Assembly: GCA_004321885.1 (NCBI GenBank)
Contig: SCQK01000013.1
Coordinates: forward strand, 96,001-160,000
DNA: 64,000 nt
Origin: Patescibacteria group bacterium
Lineage (GTDB): Bacteria > Patescibacteriota > Patescibacteriia > Magasanikbacterales > GWA2-37-8
Reading direction: 5' to 3'
Shown here piece by piece: positions 7,901 to 16,699 of the stretch; the stretch's first letter is position 1, and every line of letters begins with the position of its first letter. A model generated the notes under the pieces. That model saw only the letters and a list, made by a program, of their open reading frames with translations, was not told where the DNA came from and did no database searches. The translations under genes were made by a program, and so were the position numbers.

Positions 7901-10447
7901 ATGTTTGAAGAACTCCGCCCCATTCTTGATTTCCTCTCCCAAAATAAAGCATTCATGCTTGTACTCCCCTACCTCGGCGGAGCGTTCGCGCTTTGGATTT
8001 TTTTGAAAATCCTACGTTCGGCATTTCACGCCGGCGGACAAAACAGCCGCGCCTATCACAAAGCCGTCCTTGTCATCAAAGTGCCCAAAGAAAAAAAACA
8101 CGAGGGCCAGCAAAACACCACGGCCGCCGAAGACAACATCACTCAAATCCGCGAGCAAATCGCCATTGCCGAAACACTCTTCTCGGCCATCGCCGGCCTG
8201 CGCCGCGAAAAAAGTTTTTTCCGCTGGCTAATCGGGCGCAACGACCACCTATCGTTTGAAATCGCGGTCATTGACAGCAAAATAAATTTCTACGTGGCCG
8301 TGCCCGAAAAATTAAAAAACTTCGCCGAACAGCAAATCCACGCCCAATACCCACACGCCGAAATATTGGAAGAGCCCGATTACAACATCTTTAAGCCGCA
8401 AAGCCATATTTTGGGCGCCAGCTTGTGGTTCAAATACCGCTCGGCTTTTCCGTTCAAGACCTACAAAAAAATTGACAGCGACCCCCTGCTTGCTTTGCTG
8501 AATCCGCTAAGTAAAATTTTGGACAACGAGGGCGCGCTTATCCAATACATCGTGCGGCCGGCCTCGCCCAAATGGCGACGCCAGGGCGTGCACATGATTC
8601 GCGACATTAAAGAGGGACAGAAATTTGAATACGTGGCCCGGCGCGGAAAAATTTTACGCTCCCTGATGCGTTGGAAAAAAGCGATTTTCCCCAAACGGCC
8701 AGACCCTTCCAAACAAACCAGCGTAGCCGAACCTTATCACTTGACTCAAATGGAAGAAGAGATGGTGAAGTCAATGGAAGAAAAGCTCTCCCACGGCGGG
8801 CTGGAGATTACGATTCGCGTCGTCAGCTCGGCCGACAATAAAGAAAAGGCCCAGCTCAATTTGGAAAATATCTTGAACGCGTACAGCCAATACAATATAT
8901 ATAGGTATGGCAACTCGTTTGGCGCGGCCGTGCCCCGCCGGCCCGGCGCCCTGATACGCGATTCCATTTTCCGCAACTTTGACGACAAGCGCTATATGGT
9001 GGCGGCCACTGATGAAATGGCCAGCTTTTGGCACTTGCCCAACCCGCACACCGAGACCCCGCACATCAACTGGCTGGGGGCGCGCAAGGCTCCGCCGCCG
9101 GTCAACATGCCGAAAGAAGGCGTAATACTGGGCCGGGCTGTTTACCGAACCGAGGAAACCATTGTGCGCAGCCAGCGAACCGACCGCCGCCGTCATCTGT
9201 ACACCATCGGCAAATCCGGCGTAGGCAAATCCAACCTGATACAAAATATGGCCGTTCAAGACGTGCAAAACGGGGAAGGTATCTGCATCATAGACCCGCA
9301 CGGGGATTTCGTGGAATACGTTTTACAACACGTACCCAAAGAACGCGCCGACGACGTGATATATTTTAATCCGGCAGATATTGAGCGTCCGATCGGTTTG
9401 AACATGCTGGAAGTGCGCACCGAAGAGCAAAAGGATTTCGCCACCCAGGAAATGATTTCTATTTTTTACAAATTAGTCACGGACCCGGCCATGATCGGCC
9501 CCATGTTTGAACATAACATGCGCAATGTGATGCTGACCCTGATGTCGGACCTGGAAAACCCGGGCACCATCGCCGAAATTCCGCGCATGTTCACCGACGA
9601 TGAATTCGTGAAGGGCTGGAAGAAAAAATTGACCGACCCCATGGTCTTGGCTTTTTGGGAAAAAGAAATGGCCAAGACCTCGGACTTTCACAAATCCGAA
9701 ATGCTCGGGTATTTAATTTCCAAAGTCGGCCGCTTTGTGGAAAATGCCATGATACGCAATATCATCGGCCAGTCGCATTCGGGTTTTAATTTCCGCGAAG
9801 TGATGGACAGTAAAAAAATTCTGCTGGTGAATTTATCCAAAGGTTTAGTGGGAGAAATAAACTCAAACCTTTTAGGTCTGATTATCGTATCCAAACTGCA
9901 AATGGCCGCTCTGGAGCGCGCCTCCATGCCCGAAGAACAGCGCCATGATTTTTACTTATATATGGACGAGTTTCAAAATTTTATTACCGATTCCATCGCC
10001 ACGATTTTGTCCGAAGCGCGAAAATACCGCCTGTGCCTGGTGATGGCGCACCAATATTTGAAACAGCTGGAAGACAACAAGGGCAAGACCGCGGTGCGCG
10101 ACGCGGTGCTGGGCAACGCCGGCACCATCGCCGCTTTCCGCATGGGCGTGGAAGATGCCGAGGTGCTGGTGAAAGAATTCACGCCGGTCTTTAACGCGTA
10201 CGACTTGGTAAATATAGAACAATACACGGCCTATGTAAAATTGCTTATTGACAACACGGCCGCGAAACCGTTTAATATGATGACCTACCCCCCCACCCCG
10301 GGCAACAAGGAACTGGCCGCGGCCATCAAAGAGCTGTCGCGCCTGAAATACGGCCGGCCGCGCGAAATAGTGGAAGCCGAGATAATTGAACGGGCACAAC
10401 TGTCCGCGATAGGGGGGAAAGCCGAGTTAAGCGAAGCGTCGCTCTAG
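7901..10447 (+). CDS. membrane-anchored TraD/VirD4/HerA-like (FtsK-HerA superfamily) P-loop ATPase with a roughly 415-aa N-terminal module
   Basis: Walker A YTIGKSGVGKSNL; IIDPHGDF box; DEFQNF and EARKYRLCLVMAHQYLKQL motifs typical of coupling-protein/HerA ATPases; N-terminal TM. Confidence 0.7.
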   Translation: MFEELRPILDFLSQNKAFMLVLPYLGGAFALWIFLKILRSAFHAGGQNSRAYHKAVLVIKVPKEKKHEGQQNTTAAEDNITQIREQIAIAETLFSAIAGLRREKSFFRWLIGRNDHLSFEIAVIDSKINFYVAVPEKLKNFAEQQIHAQYPHAEILEEPDYNIFKPQSHILGASLWFKYRSAFPFKTYKKIDSDPLLALLNPLSKILDNEGALIQYIVRPASPKWRRQGVHMIRDIKEGQKFEYVARRGKILRSLMRWKKAIFPKRPDPSKQTSVAEPYHLTQMEEEMVKSMEEKLSHGGLEITIRVVSSADNKEKAQLNLENILNAYSQYNIYRYGNSFGAAVPRRPGALIRDSIFRNFDDKRYMVAATDEMASFWHLPNPHTETPHINWLGARKAPPPVNMPKEGVILGRAVYRTEETIVRSQRTDRRRHLYTIGKSGVGKSNLIQNMAVQDVQNGEGICIIDPHGDFVEYVLQHVPKERADDVIYFNPADIERPIGLNMLEVRTEEQKDFATQEMISIFYKLVTDPAMIGPMFEHNMRNVMLTLMSDLENPGTIAEIPRMFTDDEFVKGWKKKLTDPMVLAFWEKEMAKTSDFHKSEMLGYLISKVGRFVENAMIRNIIGQSHSGFNFREVMDSKKILLVNLSKGLVGEINSNLLGLIIVSKLQMAALERASMPEEQRHDFYLYMDEFQNFITDSIATILSEARKYRLCLVMAHQYLKQLEDNKGKTAVRDAVLGNAGTIAAFRMGVEDAEVLVKEFTPVFNAYDLVNIEQYTAYVKLLIDNTAAKPFNMMTYPPTPGNKELAAAIKELSRLKYGRPREIVEAEIIERAQLSAIGGKAELSEASL

Positions 10448-10477
10448 TGTCATTCCGGCCCCCGAGCCGGAATCCAG
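10448..10477. repeat. family-A hairpin repeat GTCATTCCGG-N7-CCGGAATCCAG
   Basis: other copies 11562-11588 (inside dnaX), 21342-21368, 21505-21530, 50745-50773, 55957-55991, 61391-61419 (inverted), 63974-64000 (partial). Confidence 0.85.
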
Positions 10478-10481
10478 TAAC

Positions 10482-11987
10482 ATGTCCACCCTCTACCGCC
10501 TCTACCGCCCGCAGAAGTTCGCCGACGTGACGGGCCAAGAGCACATCATCCAAACCATAACCAACGAGATATGCGCCGCTAAAACGGCGCATGCTTATCT
10601 ATTCTCGGGCCCGCGCGGCACCGGCAAGACCACCCTGGCCCGTCTGCTGGCTAAGGCCGTGAACTGCCAAAACCGCAAAGATGGGGAATCTGAACCGTGC
10701 AATGAGTGCCCATCTTGCGCGGAAATTTCCGCCAGCCGCAATATAGACGTAATGGAAATAGACGCGGCCTCGCATACGGGCGTGGAAAATGTGCGCGAAA
10801 ATATCATAGACAGCGCGCAATTTCAGCCCACCAAATCCAAATACAAAATTTTCATCATAGACGAGGTGCACATGCTTTCCACTCCGGCTTTCAACGCCCT
10901 GCTCAAAACCCTGGAAGAGCCGCCGGCGCACGTGATTTTCGTGCTGGCCACCACCGAACTGCAAAAACTGCCGGCTACCATTGTATCGCGCTGTCAACGT
11001 TTTACCTTCAAAAAAATCGGCTTTGACCAGATGATGAGCAAACTTTTGAAAATCTGCAAAGACCAGGACGTAAAGGTGGACAAAAAAGTGCTGGAGCGGG
11101 TGATAAACAAAAGCGACGGCTGTATGCGCGACGCTGAATCCCTGCTTGGTCAAATTTTAACGTTGAATCAAAAAAATATCGGGCCCGAAGACGCGGAAAT
11201 GATTTTGCCCACGTCCAATGCGCGACAGATTTTGAATTTCGTGGATGCAATTTTGAACCGCGACGTTAAAAGCGCCGTGGCTCTGATAAACGAACTGGTT
11301 TCCGACGGCGTGAATCTGGAGCAATTCGCCTATGACGCGCTGGAAATTTTGCGCCTGCTGATGATTTTGCAATACGACCCAACCAAGGAAATTTTGGATT
11401 ACAGCGACGAAGACGCCAAACTGATTAAAAAAATGACCAAACAGGCGCCGGCCGAGCAGATTATAAAATTAACGGACGCGCTGATGGCGCGCCGAGCGCA
11501 AATTAAATCCGCGCCTATTCCCCAGCTGCCCCTGGAGCTCTTCGCCGTGGAATTCTCAAACTGTCATTCCGGACTTGATACGGAATCCATCGCCGCCAAC
11601 TGTCATTCTGAGGCCCCGCTTAGCGGGGACGGAGAATCCCTCTCGCCATCTATCACGCAAAAAATCAAAACCACTCTGGACGAAATTAAAAACAAGTGGC
11701 ACGATATAACTGCCGGCCTCACCGAACAAAATCACTCACTCGGCTTTATCCTGAAAATGGGCGAACCGGCCAGAATGGAAGGAAATGAACTGTATTTGCG
11801 CGTGCCATTTTCCCTGCACAAAGAAAAAATTGAAGAGCAAAAAACCAAAAAATTGATAGAGGGCGCGATGACAGACGCCTTTGGGGAAAAAATTTGCCTG
11901 ATTTGCGAGGTGACGCAGGCGCAAAATGATGATGGCGAAATCACCCAGCTCGCGAGTGAATTTGGGGGTGAAGTTGTCTCACTCTAA
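10482..11987 (+). CDS. dnaX: DNA polymerase III subunit gamma/tau
   Basis: YRPQKFADVTGQEHI, AHAYLFSGPRGTGKTT, Zn module CNECPSC, box IFIIDEVHML; carries an in-frame repeat insertion at 11555-11613. Confidence 0.9.
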   Translation: MSTLYRLYRPQKFADVTGQEHIIQTITNEICAAKTAHAYLFSGPRGTGKTTLARLLAKAVNCQNRKDGESEPCNECPSCAEISASRNIDVMEIDAASHTGVENVRENIIDSAQFQPTKSKYKIFIIDEVHMLSTPAFNALLKTLEEPPAHVIFVLATTELQKLPATIVSRCQRFTFKKIGFDQMMSKLLKICKDQDVKVDKKVLERVINKSDGCMRDAESLLGQILTLNQKNIGPEDAEMILPTSNARQILNFVDAILNRDVKSAVALINELVSDGVNLEQFAYDALEILRLLMILQYDPTKEILDYSDEDAKLIKKMTKQAPAEQIIKLTDALMARRAQIKSAPIPQLPLELFAVEFSNCHSGLDTESIAANCHSEAPLSGDGESLSPSITQKIKTTLDEIKNKWHDITAGLTEQNHSLGFILKMGEPARMEGNELYLRVPFSLHKEKIEEQKTKKLIEGAMTDAFGEKICLICEVTQAQNDDGEITQLASEFGGEVVSL

Positions 11988-11997
11988 CCATCCCCAC

Positions 11998-12831
11998 ATG
12001 AAAATAATTATAATATCTTTATTACTAATCCTTGCTCCGGTCGCAGTTTCGTCAAAAACTCTAGTCAACCTTAACGTGCCCTTTACTCCGGAAACACCGG
12101 ACAATGTTTGGACAGCGCCCTGGAAAGACGCCTGCGAAGAGGCCAGTATCGTGATGGTCAGCCAATATTATTTAGGCAAACAAAACGCGCTCATACCAAA
12201 AGCGGCCGCCAAGGCGCTGATGCAAAAATATTTTACGATAGAAAACAAAATTTTTGGCTGGAACGCCAACACCGACGCGGCGCATACGGCTAAACTCATA
12301 AACGAGCACTCAAAAATTTTTGCCGCGGAAATAAAAAACAATCCGACGTTGGCAGAAATTAAAGCCGAGGTACAGGCCGGCCGGCCGGTAATTGCCGCCT
12401 TAAACGCTCTTGCGTTGACAAAAATCAACGACCATTTGCGCTTCCGCCGCAACGGCTCGTATTATCACATGCTGGTCATAGTGGGCTATGACGATGAAAC
12501 GAACGAGTTTATCGTGAACGATAACGGCGATTACAGCGGACTTGACCATCGCTACAGTTATGATATTATAATGGACTCTTTGCGCGATTACAGCTACAAA
12601 ACGCACAAGGCGAACGGCCCGGCGCGGGCGTTATTTACTTATCGCAAAATGCTGGCCAAAACCGCGACCAGCAACCGAATTTATTGGATAGAAAAAAATG
12701 TGAAACAATACGTCACCCACCCGGCCGTATTCAAACAACGCGGTTGGAGATGGGCCAACGTGCAGGTGGTGGAAAAAAGTGTGTTGGATGGGTTGACCAG
12801 CGGCACGCCAATCGCGCCATTGTCATCCTGA
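11998..12831 (+). CDS. secreted papain-like (peptidase C39-like) domain protein
   Basis: signal peptide MKIIIISLLLILAPVAVSS; catalytic-Cys context WKDACEEASIVMVSQYY and His context HMLVIVGYDDETNEF. Confidence 0.55.
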   Translation: MKIIIISLLLILAPVAVSSKTLVNLNVPFTPETPDNVWTAPWKDACEEASIVMVSQYYLGKQNALIPKAAAKALMQKYFTIENKIFGWNANTDAAHTAKLINEHSKIFAAEIKNNPTLAEIKAEVQAGRPVIAALNALALTKINDHLRFRRNGSYYHMLVIVGYDDETNEFIVNDNGDYSGLDHRYSYDIIMDSLRDYSYKTHKANGPARALFTYRKMLAKTATSNRIYWIEKNVKQYVTHPAVFKQRGWRWANVQVVEKSVLDGLTSGTPIAPLSS

Positions 12832-12860
12832 ATTTATTTCAGGATCTCCAACCCGTAACC

Positions 12861-12930
12861 TCCGAGGTCGTCTAATGGCAGGACTCGAGACTCTGAATCT
12901 CGATATCTAGGTTCGAATCCTAGCCTCGGA
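12861..12930 (+). tRNA. tRNA-Gln (anticodon CTG), no encoded CCA
   Basis: acceptor TCCGAGG/CCTCGGA, anticodon stem CGAGA/TCTCG with loop CTCTGAA, T-arm CTAGG-TTCGAAT-CCTAG. Confidence 0.7.
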
Positions 12931-12933
12931 ACA

Positions 12934-13644
12934 ATGAAGATCGTCATTGTAATTCCCACATACAACGAAAGGAAGAACATCTCCAAACTAACCGAGAAAA
13001 TTTTTGCTTTGCGAATTGACGGGCTGGAAATGATCGTAGTGGACGACGGCTCGCCCGACGGAACCGGCGACAAGGTAAAAAAATTGGGCGAACGATTTCC
13101 GGTGACCCTGCTGGCGCGCGAAAAAAAACGCGGACTCGGTTCGGCTTACCTCGCCGGATTCAAGAAAGCCCTGGAAATGGGGGCTGATTTTATTTTTGAA
13201 ATGGACGCGGATTTGTCGCACGACCCCGACGACGTGCCAAGATTACTGGAGCCGTGCCTGGACGGCGCCGATTTGGCCATCGGCTCGCGCCGGGTGGCCG
13301 GCGGAAAGATTATCGGATGGGGCTGGGCGCGCAAATTCATGAGCGCCGGAGCCATGCGGCTGTCGCGCCTGATACTTCAATTAAAAAACAAAGACGTTAC
13401 CTCCGGCTTCAGATGTTGGCGCCGCGAAGCGCTTTTAAGAATTGACTTGGACAAAATCAAAAGCAACGGCTACGCTTTTCAGGAAGAAATACTCTGGCGC
13501 GCCCAGCAGGCGGGCCTGAAAATTGCCGAGGTACCGGTAATTTTTGTTGACCGCGAAGAAGGCAAATCCAAACTGGGCTGGAGAGAGGTATTGGAATTTT
13601 TTAAAGTAATGCTGTCATTGCGAGCGAAGCGAAGCAATCCCTAA
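12934..13644 (+). CDS. GT2 family dolichyl/polyprenyl-phosphate mannose (or glucose) synthase-like glycosyltransferase
   Basis: VVIPTYNE, VVDDGSPDGT, DAD motif, Dpm1-like fold; the C-terminal 11 aa are read from a family-B repeat. Confidence 0.8.
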   Translation: MKIVIVIPTYNERKNISKLTEKIFALRIDGLEMIVVDDGSPDGTGDKVKKLGERFPVTLLAREKKRGLGSAYLAGFKKALEMGADFIFEMDADLSHDPDDVPRLLEPCLDGADLAIGSRRVAGGKIIGWGWARKFMSAGAMRLSRLILQLKNKDVTSGFRCWRREALLRIDLDKIKSNGYAFQEEILWRAQQAGLKIAEVPVIFVDREEGKSKLGWREVLEFFKVMLSLRAKRSNP

Positions 13645-13693
13645 CACAAATGATTGGGATTGCTTCGGCGCTATGCGCCGCCTCGCAATGACA
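13613..13693. repeat. family-B nested palindrome GTCATTGCGAGCG..AAGCAATCCC..GGGATTGCTTCG..CTCGCAATGAC
   Basis: other copies 13859-13940, 19249-19298 (half), 21854-21937, 63753-63846. Confidence 0.85.
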
Positions 13694-14648
13694 ATAACAA
13701 CTCGTCAAAGGTTTTCACCCTCATTAATTTCATTTTTAATTCCTTCACTCCGGGAACGCCTTTGAAATAATAGGCGAGGTGTTTGCGAAAAGTTACCATA
13801 CTTCCTTCGCCGTAGCGCTCTAAATGCAGTTGCGCATGGCGGAGAATGACGTTTAAAATGTCATCGCGAGGAGACTGCAGGCCGACGAAGCAATCCCCTG
13901 CTTTATCAGATGGGGTTGCTTCGCTACGCTCGCAATGACAACGGAAAATCCACGGGTTGCCAAGCGCCCCGCGGCCTATCATCACGCCGTCCGCGCCAGT
14001 AATTTCCAAACACCGGCGGATGTCTTCGGACGAATTTATATCACCATTGGCCAGCGCCGGAATCTTTAACAACTTTTTCACGCGGCCAATCATTTCCCAG
14101 TTCGCTTTGCCGCTGTAGCCCTGCGTCTTGGTGCGGCCGTGAATCGTGAGTAAATCAGCGCCGGCCGCTTCCAATTTAGGCGCGAACTCCAAAATTTCTT
14201 CCTCTCTCCCCCACCCCAGCCGCGTCTTCACGGAAATCGGCGCGCCCAAATCCGCTTTTTTTAATTCTGCCACGATTTTTACCGCTCGCTCGTGGTCTTT
14301 CATCAAAGCCGCGCCCGAATTGACTTTGCCGGTTAATTTCGGCACCGGACAGCCCATATTAATGTCAATCCCGTCGGGTTTAAATTTTTCAACTAAAATC
14401 TCCGCGGCCTGACGCACTTGTTTGGGCTCGGCGCCGAACAATTGCAAAACAATCGGCCTTTCAATCGCGTCAAACTCGCACATTTTCAAGGTCTTGGCGT
14501 TGCCGCGGCAAATCGCCTCGGCGCTCACCATTTCCCGAAAAATCACGAAATCCGGGCCTGAAACCTCGCGGCAAACGCGACAAAACGGCCCGTCGGTCAT
14601 ATCGGCCATGGGCGCGAGCGCGACAATAGATCGTTCATCCATCCACAT
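13671..14648 (-). CDS. dusB: tRNA-dihydrouridine synthase (start moved to the internal Met; ORF-track start 14876)
   Basis: LAPMADMTDGPFCRVCRE, GIDINMGCP, TIHGRT, MIGRGALGNPWIF; contains an in-frame repeat at 13859-13940, and the C-terminus runs into a repeat at 13613-13693. Confidence 0.8.
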   Translation of the reverse strand: MWMDERSIVALAPMADMTDGPFCRVCREVSGPDFVIFREMVSAEAICRGNAKTLKMCEFDAIERPIVLQLFGAEPKQVRQAAEILVEKFKPDGIDINMGCPVPKLTGKVNSGAALMKDHERAVKIVAELKKADLGAPISVKTRLGWGREEEILEFAPKLEAAGADLLTIHGRTKTQGYSGKANWEMIGRVKKLLKIPALANGDINSSEDIRRCLEITGADGVMIGRGALGNPWIFRCHCERSEATPSDKAGDCFVGLQSPRDDILNVILRHAQLHLERYGEGSMVTFRKHLAYYFKGVPGVKELKMKLMRVKTFDELLLSLRGGA

Positions 14649-14709
14649 AGTAAAAATTAAGGGCCTCCGCGAAGACGCGAGGAGGCCCATCTTGCGTCGA
14701 CGCGCCTCC

Positions 14710-15312
14710 TCATCGCGCCGACGAGAACTGATAAACCAAACCCGGATTCTGATACTTCCCCGACGGGTCGCGGTAGCCGAGCTCGCTCCGGCCAGCCTTG
14801 GCGAGCGTCTCGGCAAAGAGATCGACGACAACCTCCTCGCCGCCCTCACCGGCAACCACCACCCAGGTGTAGCCAAATCCGAGGCCCGGCAGCATCTTGC
14901 CGCACGCCCTGGCCTGCAACCCCGCCTCCATCAGCAAGACAAACAGATAGGCGTGATAGTACCGGCAGCACGCTATGGCATGGCTGAGCGCGAATGACAG
15001 TTTGGCCTGCTCCGGCGAGGGCGAGAACACGAATCTGTGATACGTCTGGCGCGCATCCTCGTCCAGCTTCGTGTCGTTAGCCAGAACCACCGCGTTATGC
15101 GGCAACGCGGCGAGCACGAGGGTCTTTACCGCCGCAAGTCGCGCGCCGATGCCCTGCGGAGAGCTGGCTTGTTCCCGCGCCAGCCGCAGATGACATCCTA
15201 TGAAGCGGTACTCGTCATCCATCTGCACGTCGAAGATGTTCTCTCCCACCCACTGTCGCCTCGCCTCAACGACCTGGGGCTTCCCGTTGTCTGCCTGCCC
15301 GTTGTCTGACAT
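14710..15312 (-). CDS. hypothetical protein in a GC-rich (about 60%) island
   Basis: 200-aa ORF with high third-position GC, unlike its neighbours; no recognisable domain. Confidence 0.35.
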   Translation of the reverse strand: MSDNGQADNGKPQVVEARRQWVGENIFDVQMDDEYRFIGCHLRLAREQASSPQGIGARLAAVKTLVLAALPHNAVVLANDTKLDEDARQTYHRFVFSPSPEQAKLSFALSHAIACCRYYHAYLFVLLMEAGLQARACGKMLPGLGFGYTWVVVAGEGGEEVVVDLFAETLAKAGRSELGYRDPSGKYQNPGLVYQFSSAR

Positions 15313-15373
15313 GTTCTCTCTCTCCTGTTTTTGCTAACAAAATAATGCCCAAAAAATCGTTTTCTGTCAACAA

Positions 15374-15402
15374 TTGCGTAATTTCATTTCTCGGGTTATA
15401 AT
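15374..15402 (+). promoter_or_regulatory. sigma70-like promoter (TTGCGT-17-TATAAT) for the downstream gene
   Basis: hexamers with a 17-nt spacer about 50 nt upstream of ATG 15455. Confidence 0.4.
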
Positions 15403-15454
15403 ATCCGAAAGATTTGACATAAGCAAGCTATCCGCCTTGCGCCATTAAACCAAT

Positions 15455-16030
15455 ATGAAAAAAATCATCGCCGTAGCCGCAGTCATCATAGTCGCCGCCG
15501 GCCTCTGGTACGGTTTTACACTTAACAGTAAGAAGCAAACCAACAGTTCCAACGACTATCAAAAATACGAAAACACCGCTTACGGTTTTAGTTTGGAATA
15601 CCCGAAAACCTGGCACGCGACCGGAGCAAGCGCCACTTCCACGGTTATCAGTTTCAACGACACGGCGCCCAGCGAACCTGTGGAGGGCGCAGAGACGACC
15701 TCATCAGCCGTGATAGACATCATGATAATAGAAAACTACGACAACATCAGCTTGGGGGAATGGACTGACTTGTCTTTGGGGCTGGGGCCGGAACTGAACA
15801 TTTTGAGCGAAGAAACAATTGAAGCAAACAATACAAAATTTTTGGTGAAAACTTTTACGCCCCTGAAATTGCCCGAGGCCGCGCCGACCGCGGCGGCTTT
15901 TACCGCCTTGAATGATGAAAAATATTTCGCGCAAATTAACTACATGGGCGAAGAGCCGAATTTTACCGCCGGCATGAAACATTTCAAGCATTTACTGTCC
16001 AGTTTTCAGTTGACTTCGGCCGCGCCGTAG
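15455..16030 (+). CDS. membrane-anchored or secreted hypothetical protein
   Basis: N-terminal signal or TM MKKIIAVAAVIIVAAGLW; no catalytic motifs. Confidence 0.55.
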   Translation: MKKIIAVAAVIIVAAGLWYGFTLNSKKQTNSSNDYQKYENTAYGFSLEYPKTWHATGASATSTVISFNDTAPSEPVEGAETTSSAVIDIMIIENYDNISLGEWTDLSLGLGPELNILSEETIEANNTKFLVKTFTPLKLPEAAPTAAAFTALNDEKYFAQINYMGEEPNFTAGMKHFKHLLSSFQLTSAAP

Positions 16031-16061
16031 GATATAATGCAATAACTAAAAAATTTCAGAT

Positions 16062-16697
16062 ATGCGAACTTCCCTTCCATTTACCCATCGCCAGCTCTCC
16101 CCTTCGCCGCCTTCGCGGCATGAGAAAGGGGAGAGGGGGACGACTGCAATATTGCCAGCTATATTGCTCATCGCGTTTGGCATTGCGGCGAGATTTTTGC
16201 CCCATCCGGCGAACTTTACTCCCATCGGCGCCATTGCTATTTTTGGCGGACTGTATCTGCCCAAAAAACTTTCTGTTTGGCTGCCTCTCTCGGCCATGCT
16301 TATCAGCGATATTTTTATCGGCTTTTATTCATTGCCGATTATGGCCAGCGTGTACGTCGGCTTTATGTTCGCCAATCTGCTATCCTTGACAGCGCGGGGC
16401 AAACTCGCATATACAAAAACCGCCTTTGGGCGGTTTGGGACTATTGCCGGCGCCACGGCGCTAAGTTCAGCCATTTTTTACCTCTTGACAAACGCGGCGG
16501 TTTGGGCATTCGGCTCTATGTATCCGCACAATTTCACCGGCCTTTTGGAATCATACTACCTGGCTCTCCCCTTCTTCCGAAACAGCCTGGCGGGCGACGT
16601 TTTCTTCACTTTCGTTTTAGTAGGCGGGATGGAGTTGCTAAAACATACGTTAAGGGATTCCTCCGCTCTCCGCCGGCTGGCGAATCGATCGGAATGA
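16062..16697 (+). CDS. polytopic membrane protein (ECF-transporter S-component-like); the N-terminal 28 aa are read through a family-D repeat
   Basis: 5-6 predicted TM helices; possible alternative TTG start near 16150. Confidence 0.5.
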   Translation: MRTSLPFTHRQLSPSPPSRHEKGERGTTAILPAILLIAFGIAARFLPHPANFTPIGAIAIFGGLYLPKKLSVWLPLSAMLISDIFIGFYSLPIMASVYVGFMFANLLSLTARGKLAYTKTAFGRFGTIAGATALSSAIFYLLTNAAVWAFGSMYPHNFTGLLESYYLALPFFRNSLAGDVFFTFVLVGGMELLKHTLRDSSALRRLANRSE

Positions 16698-16699
16698 CA

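Noticed and set aside
8771-9301. Long antisense ORFs inside well-supported genes (e.g. 8771-9301, 9956-10399, 10599-11153 minus; 20065-20769, 23196-23990, 24639-25247, 34860-35987 plus; 43443-44006, 47504-48031 minus)
   Set aside because: Each lies wholly within a gene with strong homology-based support on the opposite strand. They have no motifs and are typical GC-driven open antisense frames.
14422-14997. 191-aa plus-strand ORF overlapping dusB and the GC-rich ORF
   Set aside because: It is antisense to the dusB N-terminal region and the GC-rich ORF. It is Arg/Ser-rich with no motif.
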